Below, in pieces: positions 53,347-63,030 of a stretch of 64,000 nucleotides of DNA. Positions within the stretch are counted from its first letter, which is position 1. The number at the start of each line of letters is the position of its first letter. This DNA is from Desulfatiglandales bacterium (GTDB lineage Bacteria > Desulfobacterota > DSM-4660 > Desulfatiglandales > Desulfatiglandaceae): assembly GCA_963666345.1 (NCBI GenBank), contig OY762721.1, positions 2,848,001 through 2,912,000 of the forward strand. The letters run 5' to 3'. The notes below the pieces were generated by a model. The model was not told where the DNA came from. It saw nothing but the letters and a program-made list of their open reading frames with translations, and did no database searches. Position numbers and translations under genes: made by a program.

Positions 53347-56300
53347 TTGCGCAAGTATACCGTTTATCTCTGTCTTGCTATGTTGATGCTGCTGTTTGGG
53401 GCGGAAATCGTTTTTGCCGCCCTGAAAAGCGCTGAAACAAGTGTTCCGGGCCAAAAGGCTGTGATAGTGGCCGGCACGGAGGCGAGCGTACTCATCCGTT
53501 CGCCTGAGACAGAGCATCTGTTTGACGCAAGCGACACCGAAAGCACCGGGGTCATAATCATTCAACCCGGTCCCGCAGCTGCGCCCGGAGATTCCTTACC
53601 AGGTGAAGACTATGCATTGTGGGACTGGAGTGGTTCGATATCTATTCCTGACGGTCCGGACGGTTCGTGGGTAGGCGTCAACAACACACCGACATCGCCG
53701 CCCGATGGGTGCCAGGTAACGAAAATCACAATTCGCCACGCGGTGACCCACACCTATATCGGTGATTTGGAGTGCAAGGTATATAACGACAGCGGGCACT
53801 CATGGATGGTTCGTGACAATGAAGGGGTCTCTGCGGATGACTTTGATGAGACCGAGACTGAATACACGATCTTTGACGGGGATAATCCCAAACAGAACTG
53901 GTCCTATAGTGTTCGCGACACGGTCGAAGACGATACTGGTACCCTCGATATCGTGCAGCTATATGTTTACTATGAAACCACGGAGCCGGACATCCGAGTT
54001 GAGCCCACGACGCTCAATTTTAACGACAACCCTGAGCCCTCCATCTCTTCGTTCAAGTCGACACTTGCTCCGCTGGAGTTTGCAGCTACGGCAAGCGACG
54101 GTTCTCTGTCTGTAACCATCGAAAGCGGCGCCTTGAACATAAACCCCGCCGGTGATTATGTGGCCTTAAGCATGGATGGCTATGATACGCGCATGTCGCC
54201 CGGCGATCCCATGCTCCCTTTGCGTGTCGTGCGTATGGCCCTGCCGCCGGACGCCGATCTCGATACGGTGACTGTCTCCCATTCAGTCCTTGCCGCAAGA
54301 GTACTGGACTCTACCTATTCGGTTGCCCCTGCACCTCCTATGGCGACATGGGAGGGAACCCAGACGATCATCGATTGGGGCGAGGGCAAGGACATCGTCG
54401 ACGGCCGCAACATGAACGTCTACGGCTCGGACGCCTTTTTCGTGGCCGAATCCGTCAAACCCGAGCCTTACAGCCGGTTGCGTAAATGGAAGATGGCCCG
54501 GTTTTTCTTTTATCCTGTCCAATATAACCCGGTCACCGGCAAACTGCGCGTTATCGATAGTGTCAAGGTCGATATTACGTACGACCTTGAGTCCGAAGCT
54601 AAAAGTGCGCTGAACTCCTCGTCGGCAGATGACGGCATGGAAGCCGCGGCTTCCCTACTCATCGATAACTATGACCAGGCCAAGCCCTGGTACCTCTATG
54701 AAGCTAAACTAAGCCCATCGGTTGCTTACGATTACGTCATCGTAACCACCGAGGACATTTTCGATAACGCTTCTTACCTCGATGACTTTGAGACCTTTAA
54801 GGAGAACCAGGGTTATAACGTGGCGACTGTCACAGAAAGCGGTTTCTACACATCGGTCGGTGGTTCGAGCAGTGACTCGGGCTGGGGCGGAGGCACGGGC
54901 GATGCGGCGGCCGAGAACATTCGATCCTGGCTCCAGGGCAACTACTTATCCCTGGGAATCGACTATGTCCTGCTTATTGGCGATCCAAGCCCCGCCTCCG
55001 GGGACGTGCCGATGAAAATGTGCTGGCCGCGTAAGGGTGCTACGATCGAACCGGACTATGATGAAGCGCCCACGGATTACTATTATGCTGAACTTACCGG
55101 AAACTGGGATCTGGATGGCGACGGAGATTATGGGGAATACGACGGCGATTTCGGCTCGGGTGGCATCGACACGAATGTGGAAATCTATGTCGGCCGCATT
55201 CCCGTTTACTCCTCATCCATGACCGCCCTCGACGGCATCTTGCAGAAGACCATAGACTATGGAACCGAGTCAGGTGATCTTGGCTGGCGTGAAAAGGTTC
55301 TGCTTCCCATGGAGCCGTCCGATTCGTCAACTCACGGCTGGCCCCTGGCCGAAAACATCCGCAGCGACTACGCCAATCCGGCGGGTTGGGATTCCTATCG
55401 CATCTATGATGAGGATTACGACAAGAGCCCAGAGCAAACGCCGTGCAACATGACCAACGTCCAAAACGAATGGCAGAACTTCTACGGGCTTGTTACATGG
55501 TGGACACACGGCTCGGAGACCAGCGCTGCAGACGTCTTTAGCAGCAGCCTGTGCGGCAATCTCGATGACGATCATCCAGCCTTCACGTTCCAGTGCTCAT
55601 GCAACAACGGCTATCCTGAAAATACCGGCAATCTCGGCTACTCGTTGCTCGAAAACGGTGCCATCGGAACGATTTCCGCAACACGCGTTTCGTGGTACTA
55701 CGTAGGCGACTCAAACTGGGAAATGAGTGGCGGCAACTCGTACATGGCCGACAGGTACTCGGAAAAGATCATCAACACGGATCGATCCGGTAAGGCCCTC
55801 TTCGATATGAAGATGGCAGCATCTCACAGTGATATGGACCAATGGATGAATTTTCTGGTTTTTAATCTCTACGGCGATCCCGCTCTGAAAATTGACGACA
55901 CCGGCGGCTCGACTCCACCCGGAGATGGTGAATTCGGGATCTACAACGACGGAACGGATACGCTTGAAGTCAGCAGCATTACTAAAAGCAAGAGCTGGCT
56001 GCTCCTTGATACCGCAGGACCTCTTACGATCTCAGAGGGCGAAAACCATATTGTTTCTGCTTCGGTGGATTGGGACCAGGTTCCGGCAGGAGGGGATTCC
56101 GATACCATTCAGGTCAATTCAAACGATCCTGACGAGGGGACGGTCAACGTCGCCGTGACTGCTATTCAGCCTCGCAGTTTATCGGTCTCATCGAGCAGCG
56201 GCGGCTTGGTTTCACAGCCTGGCGAAGGTTATTTTGAATACACATTGGGGGCTGTAGTCTCTCTTGTGGTATTGGCAGATTCTGACTGGCACTTTGACCG

Positions 56301-57735
56301 GTGGACAGGGACTGCGGTTGATGCGGGCAGGGTAGGGGACCCGGATTCCGGGGCTACGACGGTCACGATGGATGGTGACTATACCCTTTATGCAAACTTT
56401 GCCATTGATCAGCATGAGCTGCAGATATCGTCAAGCGCAGGGGGATCGGTTACGACGCCGGGTGAGGGCGAGCTGCATTACGATCACGGGACAGTGGTAA
56501 CGATTGAGGCGACAGGTGATGCCAACTTTCATTTTGTAAACTGGACGGGAACGGCGGTTGACGCGGGCAGGGTAGGGGATGCGGATTCCGGGGCTACGAC
56601 GGTCACGATGGATGGTGACTATACGCTTTATGCGAACTTTGCCATTGATCAGCACGCGCTGCAGATATCGTCAAGCGCAGGGGGATCGGTTACGACGCCG
56701 GGTGAGGGCGAGCTGCATTACGATCACGGGACAGTGGTAACGATTGAGGCGACAGGTGATGCCAACTTTCATTTTGTAAACTGGACGGGAACGGCGGTTG
56801 ACGCGGGCAGGGTAGGGGATGCGGATTCCGGGGCTACGACGGTCACGATGGATGGTGACTATACGCTTTATGCGAACTTTGCCATTGATCAGCACGAGTT
56901 GCAGATATCGTCAAGCGCAGGGGGATCGGTTACGACGCCGGGTGAGGGCGAGCTGCATTACGATCACGGGACAGTGGTAACGATTGGGGCGGCATCTGAT
57001 GCCGATTTTCATTTTGTAAACTGGACGGGAACGGCGGTTGACGCGGGCAGGGTAGGGGATGCGGATTCCGGGGCTACGACGGTCACGATGGATGGTGACT
57101 ATACGCTTTATGCGAACTTTGCCATTGATCAGCACGAGTTGCAGATATCGTCAAGCGCAGGGGGATCTGTTACGACGCCGGGTGAGGGCGAGCTGCATTA
57201 CGATCACGGGACAGTGGTAACGATTGAGGTGGCATCTGATGCCAATTTTCATTTTGTAAACTGGACGGGAACGGCGGTTGACGCGGGCAGGGTAGGGAAC
57301 CCGGATTCCGGGGCTACGACGGTTACGATGGATGGTGACTATACCCTTTATGCGAATTTTGCCATCGATGATGAAGATGAAGACGGCGTTCCGGATTTAA
57401 CTGATAATTGCCCGGTGACACCGAATTCGGATCAAGCGGACTCTGATGGAGATGAGGTCGGGGATGCCTGCGATCAATGCCCTGATGATTCCAACAAGAG
57501 TAATCCAGGCGTTTGTGGATGTGGAGAACCTGATACTGACAGCGAACCTGATGGAATGGTTGATTGCTGGGAATGGGAATACGGTCTTGATCCTTCAGTG
57601 AATGACGCTGGAGAAGATATTGATGGGGATGGATTTTCAAACCTCATAGAATTTCAGCGAGGAACAGATCCCGGTGATTATTATTCTACCCCTCCAATCG
57701 TTATGCCCTGGATACCACTGCTTTTGGGTGATTAG
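53347..57735 (+). CDS. Secreted gingipain-family (C25) protease with P-domain, propeptide, InlB B-repeat-like units, TSP3-like repeats and PWIPLLL tail
   Basis: Signal peptide; HTYIGDL; PGDPMLP; YVLLIGD, TDYYY, VGRIP, THG, CSC, NLYGDP; ends VMPWIPLLLGD. Confidence 0.9.
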   Translation: MRKYTVYLCLAMLMLLFGAEIVFAALKSAETSVPGQKAVIVAGTEASVLIRSPETEHLFDASDTESTGVIIIQPGPAAAPGDSLPGEDYALWDWSGSISIPDGPDGSWVGVNNTPTSPPDGCQVTKITIRHAVTHTYIGDLECKVYNDSGHSWMVRDNEGVSADDFDETETEYTIFDGDNPKQNWSYSVRDTVEDDTGTLDIVQLYVYYETTEPDIRVEPTTLNFNDNPEPSISSFKSTLAPLEFAATASDGSLSVTIESGALNINPAGDYVALSMDGYDTRMSPGDPMLPLRVVRMALPPDADLDTVTVSHSVLAARVLDSTYSVAPAPPMATWEGTQTIIDWGEGKDIVDGRNMNVYGSDAFFVAESVKPEPYSRLRKWKMARFFFYPVQYNPVTGKLRVIDSVKVDITYDLESEAKSALNSSSADDGMEAAASLLIDNYDQAKPWYLYEAKLSPSVAYDYVIVTTEDIFDNASYLDDFETFKENQGYNVATVTESGFYTSVGGSSSDSGWGGGTGDAAAENIRSWLQGNYLSLGIDYVLLIGDPSPASGDVPMKMCWPRKGATIEPDYDEAPTDYYYAELTGNWDLDGDGDYGEYDGDFGSGGIDTNVEIYVGRIPVYSSSMTALDGILQKTIDYGTESGDLGWREKVLLPMEPSDSSTHGWPLAENIRSDYANPAGWDSYRIYDEDYDKSPEQTPCNMTNVQNEWQNFYGLVTWWTHGSETSAADVFSSSLCGNLDDDHPAFTFQCSCNNGYPENTGNLGYSLLENGAIGTISATRVSWYYVGDSNWEMSGGNSYMADRYSEKIINTDRSGKALFDMKMAASHSDMDQWMNFLVFNLYGDPALKIDDTGGSTPPGDGEFGIYNDGTDTLEVSSITKSKSWLLLDTAGPLTISEGENHIVSASVDWDQVPAGGDSDTIQVNSNDPDEGTVNVAVTAIQPRSLSVSSSSGGLVSQPGEGYFEYTLGAVVSLVVLADSDWHFDRWTGTAVDAGRVGDPDSGATTVTMDGDYTLYANFAIDQHELQISSSAGGSVTTPGEGELHYDHGTVVTIEATGDANFHFVNWTGTAVDAGRVGDADSGATTVTMDGDYTLYANFAIDQHALQISSSAGGSVTTPGEGELHYDHGTVVTIEATGDANFHFVNWTGTAVDAGRVGDADSGATTVTMDGDYTLYANFAIDQHELQISSSAGGSVTTPGEGELHYDHGTVVTIGAASDADFHFVNWTGTAVDAGRVGDADSGATTVTMDGDYTLYANFAIDQHELQISSSAGGSVTTPGEGELHYDHGTVVTIEVASDANFHFVNWTGTAVDAGRVGNPDSGATTVTMDGDYTLYANFAIDDEDEDGVPDLTDNCPVTPNSDQADSDGDEVGDACDQCPDDSNKSNPGVCGCGEPDTDSEPDGMVDCWEWEYGLDPSVNDAGEDIDGDGFSNLIEFQRGTDPGDYYSTPPIVMPWIPLLLGD
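56180..57370 (+). repeat. Intragenic tandem repeat, 240-bp (80-aa) unit, about five copies
   Basis: GCCATTGATCAGC recurs at 56401, 56641, 56881 and 57121; variant at 57361. Confidence 0.95.
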
Positions 57736-57805
57736 GATCTGAGTATTTTTAAAAGGCCAGTGTTTGAAGCCTTTTGCCCTGATGACGCTGCTCAGGGGCA
57801 CATGG

Positions 57806-58192
57806 TCAATGCCGGGGTTCCCCTTTCCACCAAAAGTCGTTGTTGTCCACAGGGTCATAACACTTCTTTTTCCCATAAACATAAATCTCAGGTGAATATT
57901 TGAGCTCATCTCTGCCGCATCTTATTAGCCGATCACAGGTCATTAGCCAACCCAGGATGATGCCATGCTCCTTAAGGCAATGCAGGCTGTAGGAGGAACA
58001 ACCGGGGTACATGGGACATTCCGATCTTTTCACTGCCTTTAGGTGATTTAAAGGCCCCTGATAAAACCGGATAAGTGCTGTCAACGGGTTTAAGCATGCC
58101 GGTGAACCCTTTCCTGCCGCGCCCTTGTGGGCACAGCCTGAAAGGCAGAGCAGGAAAAGCAGCGTAAGAGAGAGGGTCTTGAAAATTCCCAT
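57806..58192 (-). CDS. YidD-like protein with N-terminal lipoprotein signal
   Basis: IRFYQ, CPMYPGCSSY, GWLMTCDRLIRC, YDPV; lipobox LSGC. Confidence 0.75.
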   Translation of the reverse strand: MGIFKTLSLTLLFLLCLSGCAHKGAAGKGSPACLNPLTALIRFYQGPLNHLKAVKRSECPMYPGCSSYSLHCLKEHGIILGWLMTCDRLIRCGRDELKYSPEIYVYGKKKCYDPVDNNDFWWKGEPRH

Positions 58193-58330
58193 TTATTAAC
58201 ACCCGCCGGGCCTGATTAATACGCAAACAATTCAGTTTTAAGCCCGCCTGTAAAGTGATCGACTCAAAAAGCCCCTGTCCTTTGAGCTTTCATTTTTGTT
58301 GGTGTCTATCCATTAATGGGAGGACACTAT

Positions 58331-58488
58331 CAGTACCCATCCAGAAATTGCTCACTTCCGGATACTGTTTTCAGCCGTCAGCTATCAGCAAGTAGCCAAT
58401 AGGTTGATATCCCTAACATTTTACTGACAGCTGAGAGCTGATTGCCGATAGCGTTAGCCCGTAAATCTTGATTAATGGATGAGCACCA
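58331..58488. repeat. Family B miniature repeat, preceded by a 30-bp palindrome made of similar end sequences (58300-58329)
   Basis: Ends CAGTACCCATCCAGAAAT...ATTAATGGATGAGCACCA; TCAGC heptamers facing GCTGA heptamers. Confidence 0.7.
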
Positions 58489-58498
58489 GGCGATATGT

Positions 58499-60193
58499 CT
58501 ATTGCTGAGTGATTCTGAATACCTCTTCTATCGTGGTTATTCCATCCAATACCTTTTGAGCGCCATCTTGCCTGAGGGTATCCATTCCCTCACTTATGGC
58601 CAGGTTTTTTATCGCATTTGAATCAGAGGTCTTCAGGATCATGCTCCTGATACTGTCACTTAAGATCATTAACTCAAAGATGCCTGTTCTCCCCCTGTAT
58701 CCGGTATTAAGGCATGACGGACATCCCCTTCCTCTGCAAACGGTTTTTCCTGCGAGCACTTCCGGGTCTATTCCGATATTGCGGAGTGATTCATCATCGG
58801 GGATATAATGCTCCTTGCAATCTTCACAGATAACTCTCACAAGCCGCTGGGCAAGAATCGCGAGCACGGATGAAGTAACCAGAAAAGGCTCTATTCCCAT
58901 ATCAATAAGCCGGGTAACGGCACTTGCCGAGTCATTGGTATGAAGGGTCGAGAAAACGAGATGACCCGTAAGCGCGGACTGAATGGCTATCTCAGCCGTT
59001 TCAAGATCCCTGATCTCTCCTACCAATATTACGTCGGGGTCCTGCCTTACTATTGAGCGCAACCCATTAGCAAAGGTAAGATCTATCTTGGGATTTATCT
59101 GTATCTGCCCTATGCCTTCAATCTGGTATTCGATCGGATCTTCGATAGTGATGATGTTTATATCTGGGGTGTTTATGGTGGAAAGCGCACCGTAAAGGGT
59201 GGTTGTCTTGCCGCTGCCTGTCGGGCCTGTGACAAGGACTATGCCATGGGCGGAGCGTATTATCCCGTCAAAGACCTTTCTCCTGTTTTTGGGCATGCCG
59301 AGGTCCGATACCTCTAGGAGCACGCTGCTCTTATCCAGCAGCCTCAGCACCACCCTCTCTCCGAATGCCGTAGGAAGAGTCGATACCCTTATGTCGACAT
59401 TTTTATCGGCGATCCTGATCTCTATCCTGCCGTCCTGCGGCAGCCTTTTTTCGGCTATGTTAAGCTTTGCCATTATTTTTATTCGAGATATAAGTGGAGA
59501 CTGTATATGTTTGGGGGGGGTTAATTTGTTATACAGGATTCCATCCACACGGTACCTGATTTTGAGTTTAGTTTGAGAGGGTTCAATGTGGATGTCACTT
59601 GCCCGCTCTTTTACAGCCTGAGAAAGCATCAAATTAACCAGTTTTATTATAGGGGCGTTACTTGTATCCTCCAGCAAATCTCCGGTCTCTTCGATCTCTG
59701 AAATGATCCGGTCCGTGTCATCCTCATGCATGCCCTCTATGACCTGCTCGGCAGAATCCCTGCTCATATCATAGGCAAAATTTATCACTGAGACAATCGC
59801 CGAGGAGGGAGACAGAACAACTTGAGCCTCCTTTAGATCCAGTAAAAGGCAGAGGTCATCCATCGGCTGGAATAAAAGAGGATCATTTACGGCAATTTCA
59901 ACACGCTCCTCTGTTATCACGGGGACCATCTTGAATTTCTTGAGAAACATTATGGGCACCCTTTCAGCAAACTCCGTATTGAGGCCCTCTGTCTGCAGGG
60001 TTTTCCTGAAGGGTATTTTGAACTGAGCGCTCAGTATCTTCAGGATATCACTTTCAAGAAGCCCATCCTGATTTTGAAGAATTTCCCCTATCCTGCCGCC
60101 CTTTTCTTGTTGGAATTTTATCGCCTTTTCAAGTGTCTCTTCAGAAATCTTTCCACGCTCAGATGCAATCTCCCCAAACAGCTTTCTTTCCAT
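58499..60193 (-). CDS. gspE: Type II secretion ATPase GspE
   Basis: ASDIHIEP, GPTGSGKTT, RQDPD..VGEIRD, TLHTND, two CxxC motifs. Confidence 0.93.
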   Translation of the reverse strand: MERKLFGEIASERGKISEETLEKAIKFQQEKGGRIGEILQNQDGLLESDILKILSAQFKIPFRKTLQTEGLNTEFAERVPIMFLKKFKMVPVITEERVEIAVNDPLLFQPMDDLCLLLDLKEAQVVLSPSSAIVSVINFAYDMSRDSAEQVIEGMHEDDTDRIISEIEETGDLLEDTSNAPIIKLVNLMLSQAVKERASDIHIEPSQTKLKIRYRVDGILYNKLTPPKHIQSPLISRIKIMAKLNIAEKRLPQDGRIEIRIADKNVDIRVSTLPTAFGERVVLRLLDKSSVLLEVSDLGMPKNRRKVFDGIIRSAHGIVLVTGPTGSGKTTTLYGALSTINTPDINIITIEDPIEYQIEGIGQIQINPKIDLTFANGLRSIVRQDPDVILVGEIRDLETAEIAIQSALTGHLVFSTLHTNDSASAVTRLIDMGIEPFLVTSSVLAILAQRLVRVICEDCKEHYIPDDESLRNIGIDPEVLAGKTVCRGRGCPSCLNTGYRGRTGIFELMILSDSIRSMILKTSDSNAIKNLAISEGMDTLRQDGAQKVLDGITTIEEVFRITQQ

Positions 60194-60208
60194 TGATTTA
60201 ACCTCTGC

Positions 60209-62326
60209 CTACTCGGAGGTCCTGTCTTCTTTTTTCTTATACATCTTAATCACTCCCTCTTTGACCTTGTCTATCTGTTCTTTTTTCACCTTATACACTT
60301 CATCTGCCTCCTCGGGGTTCTCAATTATATGGGGGGTAAGAAAAATAAACAGATTGGTCTGTTCATTCGCTTTGGACATGGACTGAAAGGCCTTCCCAAT
60401 GATAGGCACACTTCCCAGACAGGGGACCTCATAATCTACATTTGTTGTATCATCCCCGATGAGTCCGCCTATTACAACCGTATTGCCGTCCTTTATGATT
60501 ACCGTTGTCTGGGTAGAGCGCTTAAATGTGGTGGGTCTACCCTCACCCAGACCTTCGGCCTCTATAAGCCGGGTAACCTCCTGAAACAGGTTCAAACGAA
60601 CGAAACGTTCCTGGTTTATCTGCGGGGTAATCTTCAGGGTAACGCCGACATCCTTATATTCATAACTTGTATAATCAACATTTGCCGAAGAGGTGTCCTG
60701 CCTTGTGATATAAGGGACATTCTTTCCCACGGTTATCTCCGCCTCTTCATTGTCAGTTGTCATAATCTGAGGTGTTGACAGTATGTGGACATCATTGTCT
60801 TTCTGGTACGCACGCAGTACCGCGCCAAGGGTCGGGAAAAAAAGGCTGCCTATTTTTATCCCCTCACCCAGGACGCCTACCGAAAACGCCGATGGGAAGG
60901 CCAGGGTCGTGCCTGTGGTAACAGTACCAGGAAAGATGCTGTAAGCGCCGTCCGCCCCTCCTCCACCTGACCCGGCAAAAACTCCGATTGCTCCGTCGTC
61001 ATGACTTCCACTCTGGTCTCCTATACGCCACTCCACGCCCAAGGAAAAATCCTTGTTCACATTGACCTCCATTATGAGGGCCTCTATGTAAACCATACGC
61101 CTGGGAATATCCAGTTTGCCTATCACTTCTTCAAGTACCAGGAAATCATCCTTTTTGGCTGTAATAACAAGGGCATTAGTGGCCTTGTCCGCGACAATTT
61201 GAACGTCTTTGGATATGACCGGGGTCTTTCCCTCTTTCTTGCCGTCGCTGGTTGGAATAGCAGACAGGACCTTTGACAATTCCTCGGCGTCGGCATTCTG
61301 GAGGTAATAGACATGAATATCACCTTCACCCTTTGGGGGTTCTTTGTCCAGAAGGGCAATCAATTCCTTTATTCTTTGGGCCGCATCCTCAGAGGCCATT
61401 ATGATGAGGGCGTTTGTCCTTTCATCCGCAACAATTTTTATCCCCGGCTCAGAAAGCGTACCCTTTTGAGCCGTTCTTTCCCTTTTCTGAAAAAGGGTTG
61501 TCAGTGATTTTGCCAGGGCTTCAGCCGTTGCATGTTCAAGCGGCACCACGGAAATCTCCTCACCTATCCCCCCCACGTCGATGACTTCTATTATTTTGAT
61601 AAGCCTCTTTATATTTGAAAGGACGTCGGTGACTATAAGCATACCAGTGGGTGAATAAGACACCATGACGCTGCTTTTGGAAACAAGCGGTGTAAAAAGT
61701 CGCTTTATCTGTTCCGGATCGGCAAATCTCAGGGGAATGATCTGGGTGACGATCCTGTCTTCTCTACCTTTCGCCTGGCCCATAAGCATTGTGGCCACAT
61801 CTTTTGAACGTGCCACTGCAGCCGGAACTACCTTTATGATGCTCCCGGCAGGTACTGTTGTAAAACCATGAACCTCCAAAACCGATTCAAATACCCGATA
61901 TGCCTCTTTTATACTGATTTTGGTCGGCGATATTATTGTGACATTGCCCTTGACGGCCTTATCGACGACAAAATTCTTGCCTGTGAGTTCGCTTATGAAT
62001 TTTATGAAAACATTCAGGTCAACATTGTTAAAATCTATGGTCACATATCTTTCATCTGAGGCTTCTGCTTTTTGAGCCCTTTCCGCCCTTTTGCGGACTT
62101 TGACAACCTGACCGGATCTTTCTTCAACCGCGGGCCTGATTTTTTTCGAGGCCTTTGGGAGAGTTTTTATCTCTTTTACCGGCCTGTCGCTTTTCACCGA
62201 ACCGCCTGAGCTGATGACACCTTCTTCACCCGTAACCCTTGCTGCAAAGGATTGGGAACCAACCTCTGACACGAATAGAAATATAACAAAACAAATAAAA
62301 AAAATTATACTTTTTCTATATTTCAT
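60209..62326 (-). CDS. gspD: Type II secretion secretin GspD
   Basis: N0 domain (ISELTGKNF), ADERTNAL repeats, YKDVGVTLKITPQI, VIGGLI, FLTPHII. Confidence 0.93.
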   Translation of the reverse strand: MKYRKSIIFFICFVIFLFVSEVGSQSFAARVTGEEGVISSGGSVKSDRPVKEIKTLPKASKKIRPAVEERSGQVVKVRKRAERAQKAEASDERYVTIDFNNVDLNVFIKFISELTGKNFVVDKAVKGNVTIISPTKISIKEAYRVFESVLEVHGFTTVPAGSIIKVVPAAVARSKDVATMLMGQAKGREDRIVTQIIPLRFADPEQIKRLFTPLVSKSSVMVSYSPTGMLIVTDVLSNIKRLIKIIEVIDVGGIGEEISVVPLEHATAEALAKSLTTLFQKRERTAQKGTLSEPGIKIVADERTNALIIMASEDAAQRIKELIALLDKEPPKGEGDIHVYYLQNADAEELSKVLSAIPTSDGKKEGKTPVISKDVQIVADKATNALVITAKKDDFLVLEEVIGKLDIPRRMVYIEALIMEVNVNKDFSLGVEWRIGDQSGSHDDGAIGVFAGSGGGGADGAYSIFPGTVTTGTTLAFPSAFSVGVLGEGIKIGSLFFPTLGAVLRAYQKDNDVHILSTPQIMTTDNEEAEITVGKNVPYITRQDTSSANVDYTSYEYKDVGVTLKITPQINQERFVRLNLFQEVTRLIEAEGLGEGRPTTFKRSTQTTVIIKDGNTVVIGGLIGDDTTNVDYEVPCLGSVPIIGKAFQSMSKANEQTNLFIFLTPHIIENPEEADEVYKVKKEQIDKVKEGVIKMYKKKEDRTSE

Positions 62327-62361
62327 AATAATTATATGCCTTTATGCTAATTGTGGTATGA

Positions 62362-63030
62362 TTATTTATGCTTATCAACTCTATTTATCATTTGTTCAAA
62401 TTCCGAAATGCCCTTCAGATTCATGAAATCAGCATCTTCCTTAGCCCAAAGTCTTGTAACAGGATCAATGCTGACAGCCTTTTTCAGATAATGAATGCTG
62501 GCTGAAATTTCCCCTTTTATGGCATAGAGACAAGCCAGATTGTAAAGGGAGTCCACGTAAGACGGCCTTAAATGAATAGCCTTTTCAAGAAGCCTCTGAG
62601 CTGAATTGTGCTCTTTTTCACTCATATGCACGACAGCCAGATTATTCAGCGCCTTCACATCACCCGGGTCTTTACTCAAGATCTTTCCGTATATTGCTTG
62701 TGCCTTGTTGAATTCTCGATTTTTTATAAAGACCTTCGCCCTTTCATTAAGATCATCCGGATCAAAAGAGGCAACCCTGTTTTTCTTCTCCGGTAGAGCC
62801 CTTGCTGTCTTGACCCGTTCAGTCCGATTTTCTGCCGGCATAATATCCAGCCATGAATATATGACTACAGCAAAGATAATGGCTGCTGCGATAAGGGCCG
62901 GGCCCTTAGCCGACCTTTTATTCAAGAATGTCTTTTTGGCATTATCTACGGATACCACCCGGGCACCGGCCCTGTTAAAATTATCCTTTTCTTTCTGTGC
63001 CTTTTTCAGGGCCTCATGGATATAGCTCAT
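62362..63030 (-). CDS. ExeB/GspB-like membrane-anchored TPR protein
   Basis: MSYIHEALKKA N-terminus typical of GspB, one TM, TPR repeats (ALNNLA, LYNLAC); overlaps exeA. Confidence 0.7.
   Translation of the reverse strand: MSYIHEALKKAQKEKDNFNRAGARVVSVDNAKKTFLNKRSAKGPALIAAAIIFAVVIYSWLDIMPAENRTERVKTARALPEKKNRVASFDPDDLNERAKVFIKNREFNKAQAIYGKILSKDPGDVKALNNLAVVHMSEKEHNSAQRLLEKAIHLRPSYVDSLYNLACLYAIKGEISASIHYLKKAVSIDPVTRLWAKEDADFMNLKGISEFEQMINRVDKHK

Noticed and set aside
56180..57370. 240-bp repeats as DGR TR/VR or a non-coding array
   Set aside because: In-frame protein domain repeats; differences are not adenine-specific
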